Shown here: one piece after another, positions 23,780 through 38,866 of the stretch
Position numbering within the stretch: position 1 is the first letter of the stretch
Layout: each line of letters starts with the position of its first letter
NCBI GenBank assembly: GCA_964016885.1
Contig: OZ024741.1
Location: 174,530,001 to 174,594,000 of the forward strand
Direction: 5' to 3'
Source of the DNA: Eledone cirrhosa
Lineage: Eukaryota
DNA: 64,000 nucleotides
Position numbers and translations under genes: made by a program
The notes under the pieces: generated by a model
What the model was told of the DNA's origin: nothing
Database searches by the model: none
The model's input: the letters and a program-made list of their open reading frames with translations, nothing else

Positions 23780-26700
23780 GCTTCTTCACTGTTTACCAAA
23801 TTTCTTCACAAGGTATTGACCAGGGTGCTGTACTGGGATAAAACCAGAAATTGAATGGTTGCGGGGCACAACCAAACCTGTAAGACACAACAGTTTATCT
23901 AATCAGGTGTTATAATCGTCTGTAAGAAAAAAGAAAAATAACATACACTCAGGCTTTTGCCATCTGTCAGAGTCTATCTAATCAGTTTCAGTTAATAGTA
24001 TTTGTAAGAAACAAGATAGACTGTGTGCAAAATGCTAAAGACTATCTATCTAATCAGCTACTGTCAACAAATATAAAGGAAACTATAGACTTTAGCCATT
24101 TCACAGAGTCTAACTAAATGCTGTAAATATCTGTCAGAAAACAGGCTGACTCAACCAGATGGTGAGAAGCTAGTTAACCCTTTCAGTACTAAACTGCTGA
24201 AAGCTGCTCCTTGTTCTATGATACAAAACTGTTTATTTTTAAGTGTATATATTTTTATAAAAACCTTCCATCATAATTTTATGTAAGAACCTTTCTTAAG
24301 TTATGTTCCGAACAGCAACTAAATTATGAGAATATCATCATCATCATTTAAACCATAAGCCCTTACTGCACTGACTTTAAGGTATTGTTATCAAAATAAA
24401 TAACATCAATATCTCATAGATTCAATATTATGTGAGATAATTATGTAAGGTAAAGCCTTTACCACAAAAATATCATAGCATATATAGCGTAATGTAATTG
24501 TTAAAGGGTTAATGTCTGTTTTCCATGCTTACATGGGTTAGATGGGTTGTTATATGCTGAGGCTGGGCCAGTCAGATGACAACGTCATTCTAATCTTCAT
24601 TTTAGTTTGGTTTCTATGGCTCGATGTCCTTCCTAATACCAACCACTTTTCAACATGTACTTGGAGCATAGTTTCTACGACTGGATGCTCTTATTAACAC
24701 CAACCATTATACAACGTATACAATGTGTCAAGGGAGCATTGTATTGTGATGCCAGCACTACTATCTTACAGGGTGGACTTGGCGCTTTTTGTCATGGTAC
24801 CAACGCTACCACCTTACCGGGTGGACTGAGTGCTTTTTTGTGGCACCAGAACTGCTACCTGACAAGATGAACTGGGTGCATTTTATCATGGTACCATTAC
24901 TACCTCATTACAATACTAGGGTATTCAGTGTCCTCAGTCTGGCTGGGAGGGCATTGGTGGTGGGTGTACAGACATCTCACTGTGGAGTAGGAAATGCTGT
25001 GTCATGAAGGTGGCCTTGAAACAAGTGGATGGTGTCTAACATATTGTGGGATATGCCAGGCTTTCCTTGTTGGCCTAAATGCGGAGAGGCAGGTGCAGAC
25101 TATATGCTACTTACAGGATGGAATGTGAGGCAACTCACTGTGGGAAAGGATGCACTGGATCATAGGGGGTATCCTTGGAGTCAGTGAATGGTTCCTGACA
25201 TTGTGGAGTTTGCCTGGCTTTTCACTCTGGCCAAGGTTGGACAGGGAAAGTGTGTCTGGGGGAGGTGAATCAATCAAAATTCATCCTAGTTTTCCATGCC
25301 ATTATTGGTTAGGCAAGGAAGTCAGGAGTTGGCTGGCAGGTATGGACCTGAAAGTTGTTCCCCCTCTCTACTTCTTTGGGTTTAGAGTAGGGTGATATGG
25401 AGTGGGGAGCATACTGGCAAGTGGAAGCCATCCATCATATGCTTGTTTCATTCTGCATGCATTTATATATATATATCAAGCAGGGAAAAGCAGACGTAAA
25501 ATGATGATGATATATATAAAACAAAAAATCAGTTGTATGCCTTACTTTAACAAGGACAAACGCAACCCAAACCATGCTCTCAAAAATCAACATGCAGAAG
25601 TTTTAACAAAATAACAATTTAACCTAATAACAAATGTTTTGAAGATCCAAAACAGAGAAAGCAAGCTTCGCTAACATCAATTTTTTGTACATGTTATACA
25701 GATCCTTTTTAATATATATACCAGGTCCACTTTTCGAACCGTTTTCAAAATCATTTTCATTATATGTGTGTGTGTGTTTACATTTACACCACTTATCAAC
25801 CAATGCTGTTTGTCTATGTTCCATAACTTAACACTTCAACAAAGTTTGATAAAATCACTGCTGGACTTAAAAAATCAGAACTAGGGTCGATATCAACTAA
25901 ACTCTTGAAGCTGTTGCCACAGCAGGGCCACAGTCCACTGACTGAAACCAGTAGAGAAAAATACCAGTGTCAACAACAACAACAGCAAAGATAATTAAAA
26001 AAAAAAGTTATATCTAAAAAATAAAAATAAGCAGTGTGTAAATCAACTGAACAAAACTAAAAATAGGATTTGTTTGCCTAAAAATGTTTTCTTTTCTCAG
26101 ACAGTCTTGTTGAAAATCAGACTTAGATATTGATTTCATTGTTCCATCTTTATCCTCTATCTGACATACAAGTATTAAAATGTCACATTTTACAGTTACA
26201 TCTTCTTTAGTACCACTCCCTCTCTATCTATCTATCTTCATCTACTCCTCTCCTTTTTTCTATCTCTATCTATCTACCTCTATCTCCCCCTCACTTTCTT
26301 TCTATCTCTATCTCTATGTATCTCTCTTTATCTCCCTCTCTCTACCAATCTCCATCTCTATCTCCCTACCAATCTGTCTCTCCCTCTCTATCTCCCTCTC
26401 ACTACTAATCTGTCTCTCCCTCTCCATCCCTCTATGTATGTCTCCCTTTATATTCCTCTCTTCCTATCTCTCTCACTCCTTCTCCCCCTCTCTATCACTC
26501 TCCCCTTCATTCACCCTCCCTCATTCACCCACTCTCTCCTCCTCACCATTTTCTCCCTCTATCTCTATCACTCTCACCCGCTCTCCCCACCACCCACTCT
26601 CTCTTCCTCGCCATTCCCCCCCCCCCTCTCTCCTCCTCCCCCCTCACCTATACTTTATATTCTGCTCAACTTCCAAAATATAAAGAAGAAAACGTTGATT

Positions 26701-27900
26701 TCATTATTATTCTTAACTGTTGATAGTAATTAAAAAGAATTTTGAGAAAACAACAACAAAAACAAAAACAAGCAGTTTTATATCCATTCTGGCTATTTTC
26801 TCTGTGAAAGTAGGGGTTAGCCTTGCAGGGGGGGGGGGGGGGGTATGTCAAGCCTTTTTCATTTTGCCTTCTCTGCATTCCCCCTACCATCCCCTTGGCT
26901 GTCATCCCCCCCCCCCCCCCCCCCAAGAAAAACAAATAGAAGAAAAACAGGAATATTGGTTTTTTTTTTCTTTTCACCTTAATCCCCATTTCTTGGTTTC
27001 AGAAACAGTTATCACCTCTCATTTGCAATCTCTTCATGTTTTGAAAACACTAAAAGAAAGAGAGAGAAAAAGAAGGATGTTTTTATCTTATAACTCCTAA
27101 TTTGATATTGCCACAGATACAGCACAAGCTAATCTTTGGTGACATAATAACAACAATAATAATTGTTTCTACTTTAGGCACAAGGCCAGCAATTACCCAG
27201 TGCATTACTGGTACTTTATTTTATCGACCCCGTAAGGATGAAAGGCATTATTATTTCTACTTTTGGCACAAGGCCAACAATTTTAGGGGAGGGGAAATTC
27301 CATTAAATCGACCCCAGTGTATGACTGGTACTTTATTTTATCGACCCTGTAAGGATGAAAGGCAAAGCTAACCTCAGCAGGATTTTAACTCAGAACGTAA
27401 AGGACTGTAACTCTATGCCACAAAGCAGGGTGTCCGACACTCTATTAATACTGCCAATCCACATCAGGTGTTGGGTTGACACTCAGCATAATTTGGAAAA
27501 GAAGCAAAATTCAAAGGAAGTTTCAAATGATAATAATAATGGTTTTGATTTTGGTCTAGGGGTTAGGGTATTGAGCTCACAATTGAAAGGTTGTGCATTT
27601 GATTCCTAGACTGAGTGGTGCATTTTGGTTTTGAGATATTTCATTTCATGTTGCTTTTCATAAGACTGGATCGTCTATCATTAAAACACCTGAGAAACCT
27701 CATAGAAAGCCGGCTAAACCTGCATAGTGAGCTGTAAATATAATTTCATTTTATTGTTTACGAGACCAGCAATTTAAGTGCTGGTATTTTATTTTATTGA
27801 CTCCCAAAGGATGAAAAGAAAAGTTGACCGTAACAGGTTTTGGACTCAGAACATGAAAGCCAAGACCTATTGCAAAGCTTTTGTCTGGTGCTCAGCAGCC

Positions 27901-28396
27901 ACTACTGACTACTATTACTACTACTATCACGACCACTACTACTACTACACTTCTACTAATTTGCACAGTGATGATCTTATTAAGACTGAATCATTTAATT
28001 GCCTCTATATCAAGTTATGTAACCTCAGATAGACAGTACATTTTTCAAGATACTTGCTGTTCCCCAAAGTGTTATTTTTTGCAATGTTGTAATATTGGGA
28101 CTGATTCCAATTCTATCAAGATTTTCCTTGAGGTTTTCTGTCATCAACCCAAGTGCTCCAATCACAATTGCTGCCCCTCTTGCTTTCATATTCTCTTGAC
28201 ATTTATTCTTAAGTCTGCATACTTTATGATTTTCTCATTTTCTTTACCATTGATGTAATGGTCTCCTAGGCAAGCTACATCAATCAACAAACACCCCCTT
28301 TCAGTAACATTGTCCACCAAAGTTATATCTAGCTTTTTATTTTCAAGAACTCTATTTGTCTAGATTGTAAAGTCCTACAAGAGTGTCACAGTCTCT
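27901..28396 (-). mobile_element. R4/Dong-clade LINE 3' fragment (restriction-like endonuclease)
   Basis: LL*DFTI*TNR..DITLVD..CLLIDVAC.GD..KENEKIIKYADL..IVIGALG..QKITLWGTASIL, followed by a (TAG)n-like tail. Confidence 0.8.
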
Positions 28397-29188
28397 GAAA
28401 GAAATGGAAAAATTATCCAAATATAAAGATTTGGAATTAGAAATAACTATAATGTGGGAACATTACCAGACTTAGACCAATTACATCAATTGGCAAGTCA
28501 AGAGTACTCAAACTCTACAGTCATATAAAAAGATCAACTCGTGGTGTGAGTAGGTTATGCCTGGAAGGAAGGTTGGCTGGTAAGAGAAGTAGAGGCCAGC
28601 AGCCAAAACGATGGCTTGATAATGTCAACTTATGGACTGGACTGGATTGATCTTTAAACTCTGCTGTTGGTGATCAAACTTTGTGGAGAAAAATATCTCA
28701 TATTGATGCGCAGTCTGCAAGGCGGAGTTTGGCGTTAGACACATAATGTGGGAAAATGAAAACAGAAACAATCATAAGTCCTTTGGGATTGATAGAAAAA
28801 CAGACAGATAGTTACATAATTAAAACACCCAGGACTTACAAATATTTACAACATACAGTCTACCCCATAAGGTAGTTGTCTAATGCCATGACAAAAAGCC
28901 CCCAGTCCACCCTGTAATGTGGCAGTGCTGATACCATGAAAAAATCTTCCAGTACACACTGTAATGTGGTTGGCATTGGAAGGGCATCAAGCCATAGAAA
29001 TCCAAACTAAGCCTGTAAGCAAGATGTAGTCACCTGAGCTGTCTGGCCTCGTAATGTGATGGCTCATCTAACACATACAAGCATTATGATGAAAATAGCT
29101 CTATTACTAGATACTGCACTCATCATTAGTAAAAAGATGCAATAAAATGCAATAAAAATGTGACTGCCAAATAGTAATAATAATAATT
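28397..29188 (+). mobile_element. Second R4/Dong-clade 3' fragment, split by two insertions
   Basis: KEMEKLSKYKDLELEITIMW | KTETII.PLGLI..NIYNIQ | KIALL.DTA; (TAA)n tail. Confidence 0.7.
28461..28742 (+). mobile_element. RTE (BovB-like) 3' fragment with 12-bp TSD
   Basis: HIKRS...LEGRLAGKRSRGQQPKRWLDNV. TSD ATAATGTGGGAA at 28449-28460 and 28743-28754. Confidence 0.8.
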
Positions 29189-30743
29189 GTAATTTCTGTG
29201 CATGTCTTTCCTGCAGCTGTCAACTTGCAACACTTAACTCTTTTGATACAAAACTTTATTTCAAAGCATTTATATTTATCTAAACACTTTAATTTTATGT
29301 CAGCTTAATTAATGAGAACGTTAATTATATTACCGAATCCCTTCAAATTTCTGATTATTTCCATAATTATTTGAAAATCATAGTATCTTCCATTAGAAAT
29401 ATGATAGCTAAAGGGCTAAAGTGTCTATATTTATCTGAAAACCTTGCATCATAATTTTATGAAAGCTTAATAAATGAGAAAGTTAATTATATTACTAAAT
29501 ACTTAGAAATTCCTGATTATTTTTCAAATTATTTGAAAATCATAGACAGTGTCTTTCAGAAATATGGTAACAAGCAATTTAGCAAACCATTAAGAGTATC
29601 TTAGAAGGTCTGCTTTACCTGCAAACCTAGCAAATATTGGCAAATTGTGGTAGTCATTAGAGTGTAGTATAAAATACCTTATGATAATGATATTTGTTCT
29701 GGCTCTTAAAAATCCCGCTATGATCAATCTTTGCTTTTCATCTGTTTGGAGTCAATAAAATACAAGTATCAGTTGAAACAGAATGGACCTCCATCAATTT
29801 TCACGATAAGTGTTCCAATTGTTCGATCAATGTTATACTCTGCTCATGAAACTAACATGTAAGTGGCTGAGCATTCCACAGACATGTGTACCCCTAATGT
29901 AATTCTCAGGGGGATTTAGTGTAACAGTGTGTGACAAAGCTTGCCTTTTGAATTACATGTACTATCATTCATTTTTGTTTTGAACCATTTCTACTTCACA
30001 TTTGAAAAAAGAGTAATCATTATCACCATTTAGCGTCCATTTTTCCATGCTTGCATGAGTTAGATGGGTCGTCCATGCCGGGAGGAGAGTCTGGCCAGAG
30101 TTGACCATGCCGCACTTTGCTCCGATGAGGGCTGTAAATTTGGCTGGCTATTTTACAGATGGATGCCCTTCCTAACACCAACCACATTTACAATGTGGAA
30201 CTGGATGGCTCCATTATGAGAAGGGACAGGCCAGTTGGCCTCACCGAACCTGTCTTACAGCAGAACCTAGCCCTGAAATATACTGGGCAAAACATTACCT
30301 TGTTTTGTTTTATTTGTTATCCTTTGCCCTTTTCTACAGCATTGTACTGGCTTTTTGAAACTTATCAGTTAAGAAATATAGTGTTAAATACAACTGTCTG
30401 TGAGTAAAGTACATCTGATCACTGTTTATAAACTTCAATAAAATTTCCAGATATTACTATTGTCAGCAATTTATATATAAAATAACATGTGTGAATGTTG
30501 GCAAATGTATGGGGGCCTTATTATATATATGCCTGTTTGTGTTTATGTATGTGTATGCACATGCACATTTTCATGTGTACACACCATGCATATGTGTGTA
30601 TAGAGATTCAAAATGTAGGTTTGTACACGAATATCTATGCTGTCATCATCCTTTTCATGAAAAAAACCGGATGTAAATGATGAAATGTATATATTATATG
30701 TATGTATCTCTCTCTCTCTATATATATATATAATGTCTGTATG

Positions 30744-30785
<42 letters not shown>

Positions 30786-30837
30786 CTGTATGTATGTATG
30801 TATATATATATTTATATATAAAATGTATGTATGTATG

Positions 30838-30891
<54 letters not shown>

Positions 30892-31342
30892 GTCTGTATG
30901 TATATATATATATATGTATATGTATGTATCTATAATATGTATGTGTGTGTTTAAGTGTATTTCCTTGGCTAGAAATATACTTGCATTGCATGATGCTGTA
31001 ACATAACATAAACCATTACTTAAATAAATAGACAAACTAAATTCAAAATTTAAAATTGTGTTTCGGTTAGATTAAACATATCAAACAAATAATATATAAA
31101 GAAATATAAAAAGTAAAAAAAAACAAAAAAACAACAACACGGAAATGTATTTGTAAATGGTACCTAAAATTTACAGTTTGAATCTTAAAAATGATAAAGT
31201 AAAATTGGAAACTATTGATTTCAATAAAGTTTTAAAGAAAGAAGAGAAAAAATATATTTTCAATTGCTGATAGATAGATATTTACAATTATCTATCTTGT
31301 CTAATCGTAACTTATTGCTTTTTCTCTCTCTCTCTCTCGTTT

Positions 31343-31529
31343 CCTTTCTCTCTCTTGAACATACAGTCTCTCTCCCTCTCACTCGCCTTCCCTTTCTCTC
31401 TCTTGAACATACAGTCTCTCTCCCTCTCACTTGCCTTCCCTTTCTCTCTCTTGAACATACAGTCTCTCTCTCTCTCATTCTCCTTCCCTTTCTCTCTCTT
31501 GAACATACAGTCTCTCTCTCCCTCTCATT
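31343..31529. repeat. 48-bp minisatellite, 4 copies
   Basis: TTGAACATACAG recurs at 31355, 31403, 31451 and 31499. Confidence 0.9.
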
Positions 31530-31699
31530 TCCCGATTAGATTTCAAACCAACAATAACTCCCATTCACTGTTACATACATAACATGAACTGTTAAGTCCC
31601 ATGGAACAAAGTAATAAACACTACAGCTACATTTGAGGGGGAGTTGTTTTATTTTTTTTGGGGGGGGGGGGGGGTTAAATTCCCGACAGATTTTAGAAT

Positions 31700-31979
31700 C
31701 AATCATCATCATCACCACCACCACCACCACTGATATCATCATCATTGTTGCTATTATTCTAATCCTCAGTTTTTCGATTACATTATCATTGTTATATTTT
31801 TATCATCTTTGACATCATCATCATCATCATCATCATCACCACCACAATCATCATCATCATCATCACCACAATCATCATCTCCATCATCGCTGTCACCATT
31901 ATCACCATCATCATCATCATGACTATCAACATCGCCATTACCATCATCACCACCACCACCACCATCATTTTCATCCTGC

Positions 31980-32012
<33 letters not shown>

Positions 32013-32400
32013 CCACCTCTGTCATAACCATCACCATCATCATTGTTGTTAACATGGTTGTCTATATTCCTTTCCTATTATCATCATTGTTTTATTTTTA
32101 TCATCACTATCATTATCATCATTGTCTCCATCCTTTTCCTCATTATCATTGCCATCTTTTTTATCATCATCAGTACCATAACCATCATATCATTATCTTT
32201 CTCATCCATTTCTTCTTCATTGCCATTAACATCATCATCATCATCGTCATCATCATCATCGTCATCATCATTGTTTCATAATTGTCATCTTCACCAAAGT
32301 GATTTTTCAATTCTACTTCTGCCTTCAATACCTCTAAAATCTATCACCACCACCACCACCACCACTGTAACCATCACCATCCTCACCACACTATTACTAT
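31700..32400. repeat. Degenerate (CAT/CAC)n low-complexity tract
   Basis: Direct inspection. Confidence 0.85.
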
Positions 32401-32762
32401 GCAAAGTATTATGTCATTTTTTTACATGCTATCGTGGAGTTTGACAGGTGTATGTATGTAGATCTGCCTCACTTTGGCTGTGCTTATTTTTCCATTGACT
32501 CTTTTGATACAAAACCACCTGCAACCACCCCTAGTTTTATGATACGGCTGTTTATTTTAAGGTGTTATCTAAAAATCTTCCATGATAATTTTGTGTAAGA
32601 ACCTTTGTTAAATCATATGCACCAAACACCAGCATAATAATGCCTAAGTTCATTATTTTACTAAATACCTCTATATTCTTGATTGTTTTCAAAATTATAG
32701 GCAGTCTTTCATTAGAAATTTACTAACTAAGGATTAACTGTAACTCATTATTAAATCTTCTC

Positions 32763-33157
32763 TGGGTTGGCAGTATTGGTAGGACATTGGACACTATGCT
32801 TTGCAGCACAGAGTTATGGCCCTTTACGTTCTGAGTTTAAATCCCACCGAGGTTAACTTTGCCTTCCATCCTTACGGGGGTCGATAAAATAGTGCAACAG
32901 TAATGCCCCCTCTCCCCAAATTGCTGGCCTTGTGCCTATAGTAGAAATCATTATTAAATGTTCTCTGGATTGGTAGAATCGGTAGACCATTCGACAAAAT
33001 CCTTTGTGGTATTTAGTTCCTACTTTATACATTCTGAGTTCAAATCCTGCGAAAGCCAACTTTCGCTACATCCTTCTGAGGTTAATCAGTTAAGTATAAT
33101 CAACTTTCCCCTTCCTCCAAATTGCTGTCCTTGTGCCAGTATTAGAAAGAAGTATTA
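32763..33157 (+). mobile_element. Two tandem Nin/Deu-like SINEs
   Basis: Two tRNA-like heads (GAGTTTAAATCC and GAGTTCAAATCC), each with a GCCTTCCATCC-type domain and a CCTTGTGCC...TAGAAA end. Confidence 0.7.
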
Positions 33158-33337
33158 GATATTCTTATATACCTTCTATTTATTACCATCTCACTTTCAT
33201 TTTATAATTTTATATATTATGTTATAAAGTTTATCCCTGCAAGGTTGGCTTTGCAAGCATAATGAAAATTCAAAGGTTTTCGAGCATGTTTTGCATTTCC
33301 CTTTTTCTATCTTTCTATTTGCATCTTTCTCTATATA

Positions 33338-33379
<42 letters not shown>

Positions 33380-33382
<3 letters not shown>

Positions 33383-34243
33383 AGGCAGATTGTATGATGC
33401 TTGTATATGAACAGCAATGCTACATGGCAGTGAGACATGGGCATTACGTGCAGAGGACCTGCTCGGACTGGAAAGGAACGAAGCATGCATGCTCCGTTAG
33501 ATGTGTAATAGTAATATACGTGAACGGCAAAGCATAAATCAACTAAGTGAGAAATTAGGAATAAGAGGGATCAGATGCTGTTTACTTGAGAGAAGACTAC
33601 GTTGGTATGGCCACGTGATGCGCATGAAAGACGACAGCTGTATAAAAAAGTGCAGAGCGATCAAAATTGATGGTAGTTACGGAGTAGGTAGACCCAGAAA
33701 AGGCTGGGACGATCTGATAAATTCCGACCTTACACACTTGCACCTCTCTAAGACAATGTCACTGGACCGAGATCTTTGGCGCTACGCAGTAATACAGAAG
33801 ACCCGCCTTGCCTATGTACAAAGCGAAACCTACAGTCAGTAGGCACCTCTTAACCAAATATACACCCCAATCCACTACCCTACCCTATCCTCCCACTCCC
33901 ACCAACACCACCCTCTCTCTGTAAAGTTGGTACCACAACATCCAGTCCAAATAAATGAGATAATGAGATCGAGATCGTGTAGGTGTCACGAGAAAAAAAA
34001 AACACACAGTCCACGCTGTAATGTGGCCGTGTAGGTAACACGGTAAAAAGTTTCCAGTTCCACACTGCAAATGTGGTTGGTGTTAGGAAGGGCATCCAGC
34101 CATAGAAAACCCGCCAGATAGTCCTATATGAGCGAGACATGGTCACCCAACCAACCTTGCCTCAAGTAGGACAACTCCCATCTAACCCATGCTAGCGTAG
34201 AAAATAGACGTTAAACGAAGATGATGATGATGATGATGATGAT
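33380..34243 (+). mobile_element. 5'-truncated RTE LINE (diverged sister of the intact element) with 3' UTR and (GAT)n tail
   Basis: KGRLYDAC..HGSETW..RRLRWYGHVMRM..GRPRK; in-frame stop; 3' UTR homologous to 44163-44521. Confidence 0.9.
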
Positions 34244-34249
34244 ATATAT

Positions 34250-34607
34250 GGAGGCGCATGGCTTAGTGGTTAGAGCATTGGCCTTGCAACCGAAAGGTTG
34301 TGAGTTCAATTCTCGGACTGGGTGATGTGTTGTTTCCTTGAGCGAGACACTTCATTTCACATTGGTCCAGTTTACTCAGCTGTAGAAATGAGAGGATAGG
34401 GACTGGGGTCCATATCATTCCACGGCAAAAAAGCACCCAGCCCACACTGTAAAGTGGATGTGTAGGCGCCACGGAAAAAAAGCACCCATCACTCACTGTA
34501 AATGAGGTTGGTGTTAGGAAGGGCTTCCAGCTGTAGAAATCAAGCCAGAATCAGTTCCCGTCCCACCCTTGCAAGCAGGGAAAAGCGGACGTAAAATGAT
34601 GATGATG
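34250..34607 (+). mobile_element. CORE-like tRNA SINE with RTE tail
   Basis: Full head, CORE-like domain, duplicated 3' module and (GAT)n tail. Confidence 0.85.
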
Positions 34608-37600
34608 TATGTTTATATATATGTGTATATATATATATAAATATATGGAAAATGGACATTAAACGAAGAAGATGATGATGATTATATATATATATATATA
34701 TATATACATATATATATAGGCATCCAGCTGTAGAAAACCAGCCAGAAACACTCCTATATGAGTGAACCATGGTCACCCGACCCAACTTGCCTGTAAATGG
34801 GACAAACCCTTCTAACCCACGCTACCAGGGAAGATAGACATTAATCGATGATGATGATGATATATATATATTGAGGGAAGTTGATTAAATCAACCCAGTA
34901 CTTGACTGGTGTTTATTTTATCAACTCTGTAAAGACAAAAGACAAAGTTGACCTTGGTGGGTTTGAACTCAGAATGTAAAAATCTAGGACAAATACTGCC
35001 ATGTCATTTTACAATGCTTTACCAATTCTGCTTGCTAATCTGCCACATTATATATATTTTACAAGTTAAGTACTTCTAATGCTATTTCATCAGAATTATG
35101 AAATTTTCTATTTCAATACTATTCTAATAATCCATACTAGATGATATTAGTTATACTCTTCTGTGAGTTTTAAAAAAGAAACCTTTTATCATTTTCTTTA
35201 ACTAGTCTTCATTTTCTGCTAAATTTGAAGCCATTATGTTTGTTTCCTATTTGCAATATCTTCCTTCATATTTCAGCAGTATATATATATATATTTTTAC
35301 CTTATTATGACTAACTACAGTTAAAGGAATGCCTGAAGGAATTCACAAGAATGTGGTGGTAGTCATCATAGTCGATCCAAAACATTCAGACATTGTCAAT
35401 AATAATAATACATGACATTTTTATATTACATAGAGACTAATTAATGATTTTCAACGTTTCTCATTTCACCTGACTGCTGTTATCAACCCAAAATTGTTGG
35501 AGAATTTTCTTGTCACACCCAGTTCTCATCTCTATCATTTTATTTCATGTTTTTTTTTTGTTTTTTTTTTTACTTTCCAAATCTCTAAGAGAAATTCTTT
35601 ATTTGAGTTTTTGTAATTTTTTTTTTCATTTGCTTAAACATCCGTAAACACCTTCATAACAACACTCCTTACATTTAGTGTTTACCAGCAGCTACAGAAG
35701 TGGTTGAGTTGATGAAGTGCAGTTTTGAACATTTTACAATTTCCCTCCTCCTTATTCGGCACAGTGTTTGTTCCAATATATGTATTCTTTGACTGTGTGC
35801 TTTGTGATATTGATATTCATTCTGGCTCTCTGCACTTTGAGTTCAAATTCTGCCAAGGTCAGTTTCGCAGAGGTTGATAAAAAATGTACTGGTTCAATAC
35901 TTGGGTGGATACTTCCTCTTATTTCTTTCTCATTTCCTCTCTTTCACTCTCTCCTTTTATGGAAGAAATTGGTTGTGTTCAGACATAGAGAAGATGGGCT
36001 CTGCCAGGTTTAGGTATGCCGTGACTGAGCCACTACAACACTACCAGGAGTTACAAGTCTAAACACTACCAGGAGTTACAAGTCTATACATAGATTCTTT
36101 GGCCAAGGCTATCCTTATATAATTAAGTATTTTCGAGAGAATCGACTCTCCCGCAAGTTCTCCTCCTTCCAAAACAGATGGAAACAGTCAGTAGAAATGA
36201 AGCTTGTATTTATTTTTATTCTTTACTGGTTTTATTTATTGGACTGCTGCTAAGCTGGGGCACCATCTTCAAAAGTTTAGTCAATCATGAAAACCCAGTG
36301 CTTACATTTTTCAAGTCTGGTACTTATTTTATCAATCTCTATTTGTCAAACTACTAAGTTACAGGATATAAGCGAATAACACCAGTTGTTAAGTGTTATA
36401 GACATAAACACACACACATATACATGTGATATACAAGTGATAGTGCTGGTGTCATAACAAAAAGCACTTATTCAACACTGTAAGGGTAGTAGTGCTGCTG
36501 ACCTAACAAAAAGTACCCAGTTCACCCTGTTAGTGCAATGAAAAAAAAACACTTACTCCATCCTGTAAGATGATCATACTGGTGCCACGATAAAAGATAC
36601 CCAGTCCTCTCTATAAGGTAGTAATATTGGTGCCACGGAAAAAGCTCCCAGTATATGCTGTAAGGTAGTTGGCATTAGGAAGGGATTCCAGTTGTAGGAA
36701 ACCAAGCCAAAAACAAATTGTGTGAGCAAGACATGGTCACCTGATCTATCTAACCTCATAACCTAACAACCTATCTAACCTGTGCTAGCATGCAAAATAG
36801 CCATTAAACAATGATGATGATGATATATATTCAGTGGGCTTCCACACATATTCCATCTACCAAATTTTACTGAGAAGGTATTGATCAACCTGAAGCTAAA
36901 GCTGAAGATACCTGCCAAAGGTGTCATGCAGTGAGAGTGAACCCAAAACCATGTGGTGTCTGTCTTTCTAATGTTTCTATTTTTCAACTGCTTCACTTCT
37001 TTTACTCCTCCTTTTCTTCTGCTGTTCAGTGTTCTATCTGTATTTCTTCTACTTTAGTACTTTACATATTATGAATTAAATGCGTGTCTCTACCTCCTCT
37101 AAAAAGAAATCAGCAGCCTCTTTGTCAGTAAGGATAGTATAATCATGTAATATCTGTGAATCAAGGCGTGGCTAAGTGGTTAAGAAGTTTACTTCACTAT
37201 CATAAGGTCTCTGGTTTGATCCCACTATGTGTCATCTTAGGCAAGTAAATTTACCATAGCTTTGTGTCATCCCAAGCCTTGTGGCCGAGAAAAATTGTTT
37301 GGAAGCATGTTAAATGGACTGTAACTAGTAATTCTAAGATTCTAGCCTTGAGACATACTATGTCTCACTAATTTGGCTTGAATCTTGGCATCTTTGACAA
37401 GTATCTTTACCATAGTCTCAGGTCAACCCAAGCCCTTTGAACTGATGGAAACTGTGCAAAATCCCATCAGATACTGCACCTGTATTTCAAAAGTGCAGCC
37501 TTGATACATACTGTGTCTCACAAGGAATACATGTCTGTGGAATACTCAGCTATTTGCATATTAATTTAATAAGTAGGGTGTATAGTTGATTGAAAGAACA

Positions 37601-38834
37601 GAAATGTTCACCATTGAAAAATTCATAGTTTATATAAATAAAAGACATTCCTGTTATATTTGAAGGCTGCCTGCCTATAGAAATTAGATATATTTAACTA
37701 ACATTAACTTTTCTTTTAAAATAAAATACCATTGGTATCATTAACTCTGAACATCCTGTATTACATAATGAAACCACATGAGCAAGATATTCTTGAAAAT
37801 GTACAAAACATCACTATGACTGAATCATTGCAAATCATAGTCATTACTTAAGTTTACTGCAAATGTTCATAGTGATCTCTCCACCAGTAAATATACTATA
37901 AACATTTGAATTAAGAAAGCAGCGTTCAGATATTTTCTACTATTAAAGACAGTATGAATAAAACAACAAAAACGTTTAATTTTATAAAAACTTAATTATA
38001 TTGACAACATAGTTTATAATTTTCTCTAACATTTTTGTGCAATCTTATGAGAAAACCTTAAAAAAAGATATTTTTCTCTATATCTTCTTTTTATTTTCAT
38101 TTTGCGTGTTTATTTATTTATTTTTTCACTTTACTTGTGAATATCATTAAAATTGACAAATAAAACAAGACTTTATGTTTACTGCTGAAATAAATAAACA
38201 GACTTCTAACTACATCATCTTAGAACTAACTTCAGTTGCTTGGAAATATTTACAGATGATGTTTTAACTTATTGTCTACTTTCTCTCAAAATATGTTTCA
38301 GTTTTTTTAAGTTTTTTTATCAGACAAACTGCAAAAATATCTTTATCAGACCAGGTGATGCGTTATGTCGTTGAGCAAGACACTTTATTTCATTTCACTT
38401 CTACCTGGAGTTGCGACCGATAGATAGTATTAGCAATTGGAAAGACCAATGAAAACATCATTTCCTCGGTCCAATTTGATGAAAGTCGAACGACTTTCGA
38501 TATATATATAGTTCAAGGAAACGACAAACAGGTACAAAAAGTGTTATTAGTTTCACACTTGATATGGAAAAGGAGAAAGAAAGTTTCACATGTCATGTTA
38601 TAGATATATATATATATCATCATCATCATCATTTAATGTCCACTTTCCCTGCTAGCATTGGTTAGACAGGTTGTCCCAATTGAGGCAAGTTTGGTCAGGT
38701 GACTGTGTCCTGCTCATACAGAACTGTTTCTGGTTAGATTTCTACAGCTGGATGCTCTTCTTATATGACCACTTTACAATGTGGGCTGGCTGCTTTTTGT
38801 TGTGACACCTACATGACCACTATACAGTGTGGGC

Positions 38835-38865
<31 letters not shown>

Positions 38866-38866
38866 G

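Noticed and set aside
34250-34325. tRNA gene
   Set aside because: A and B boxes are present but there is no complete cloverleaf; it is the head of a multi-copy SINE.
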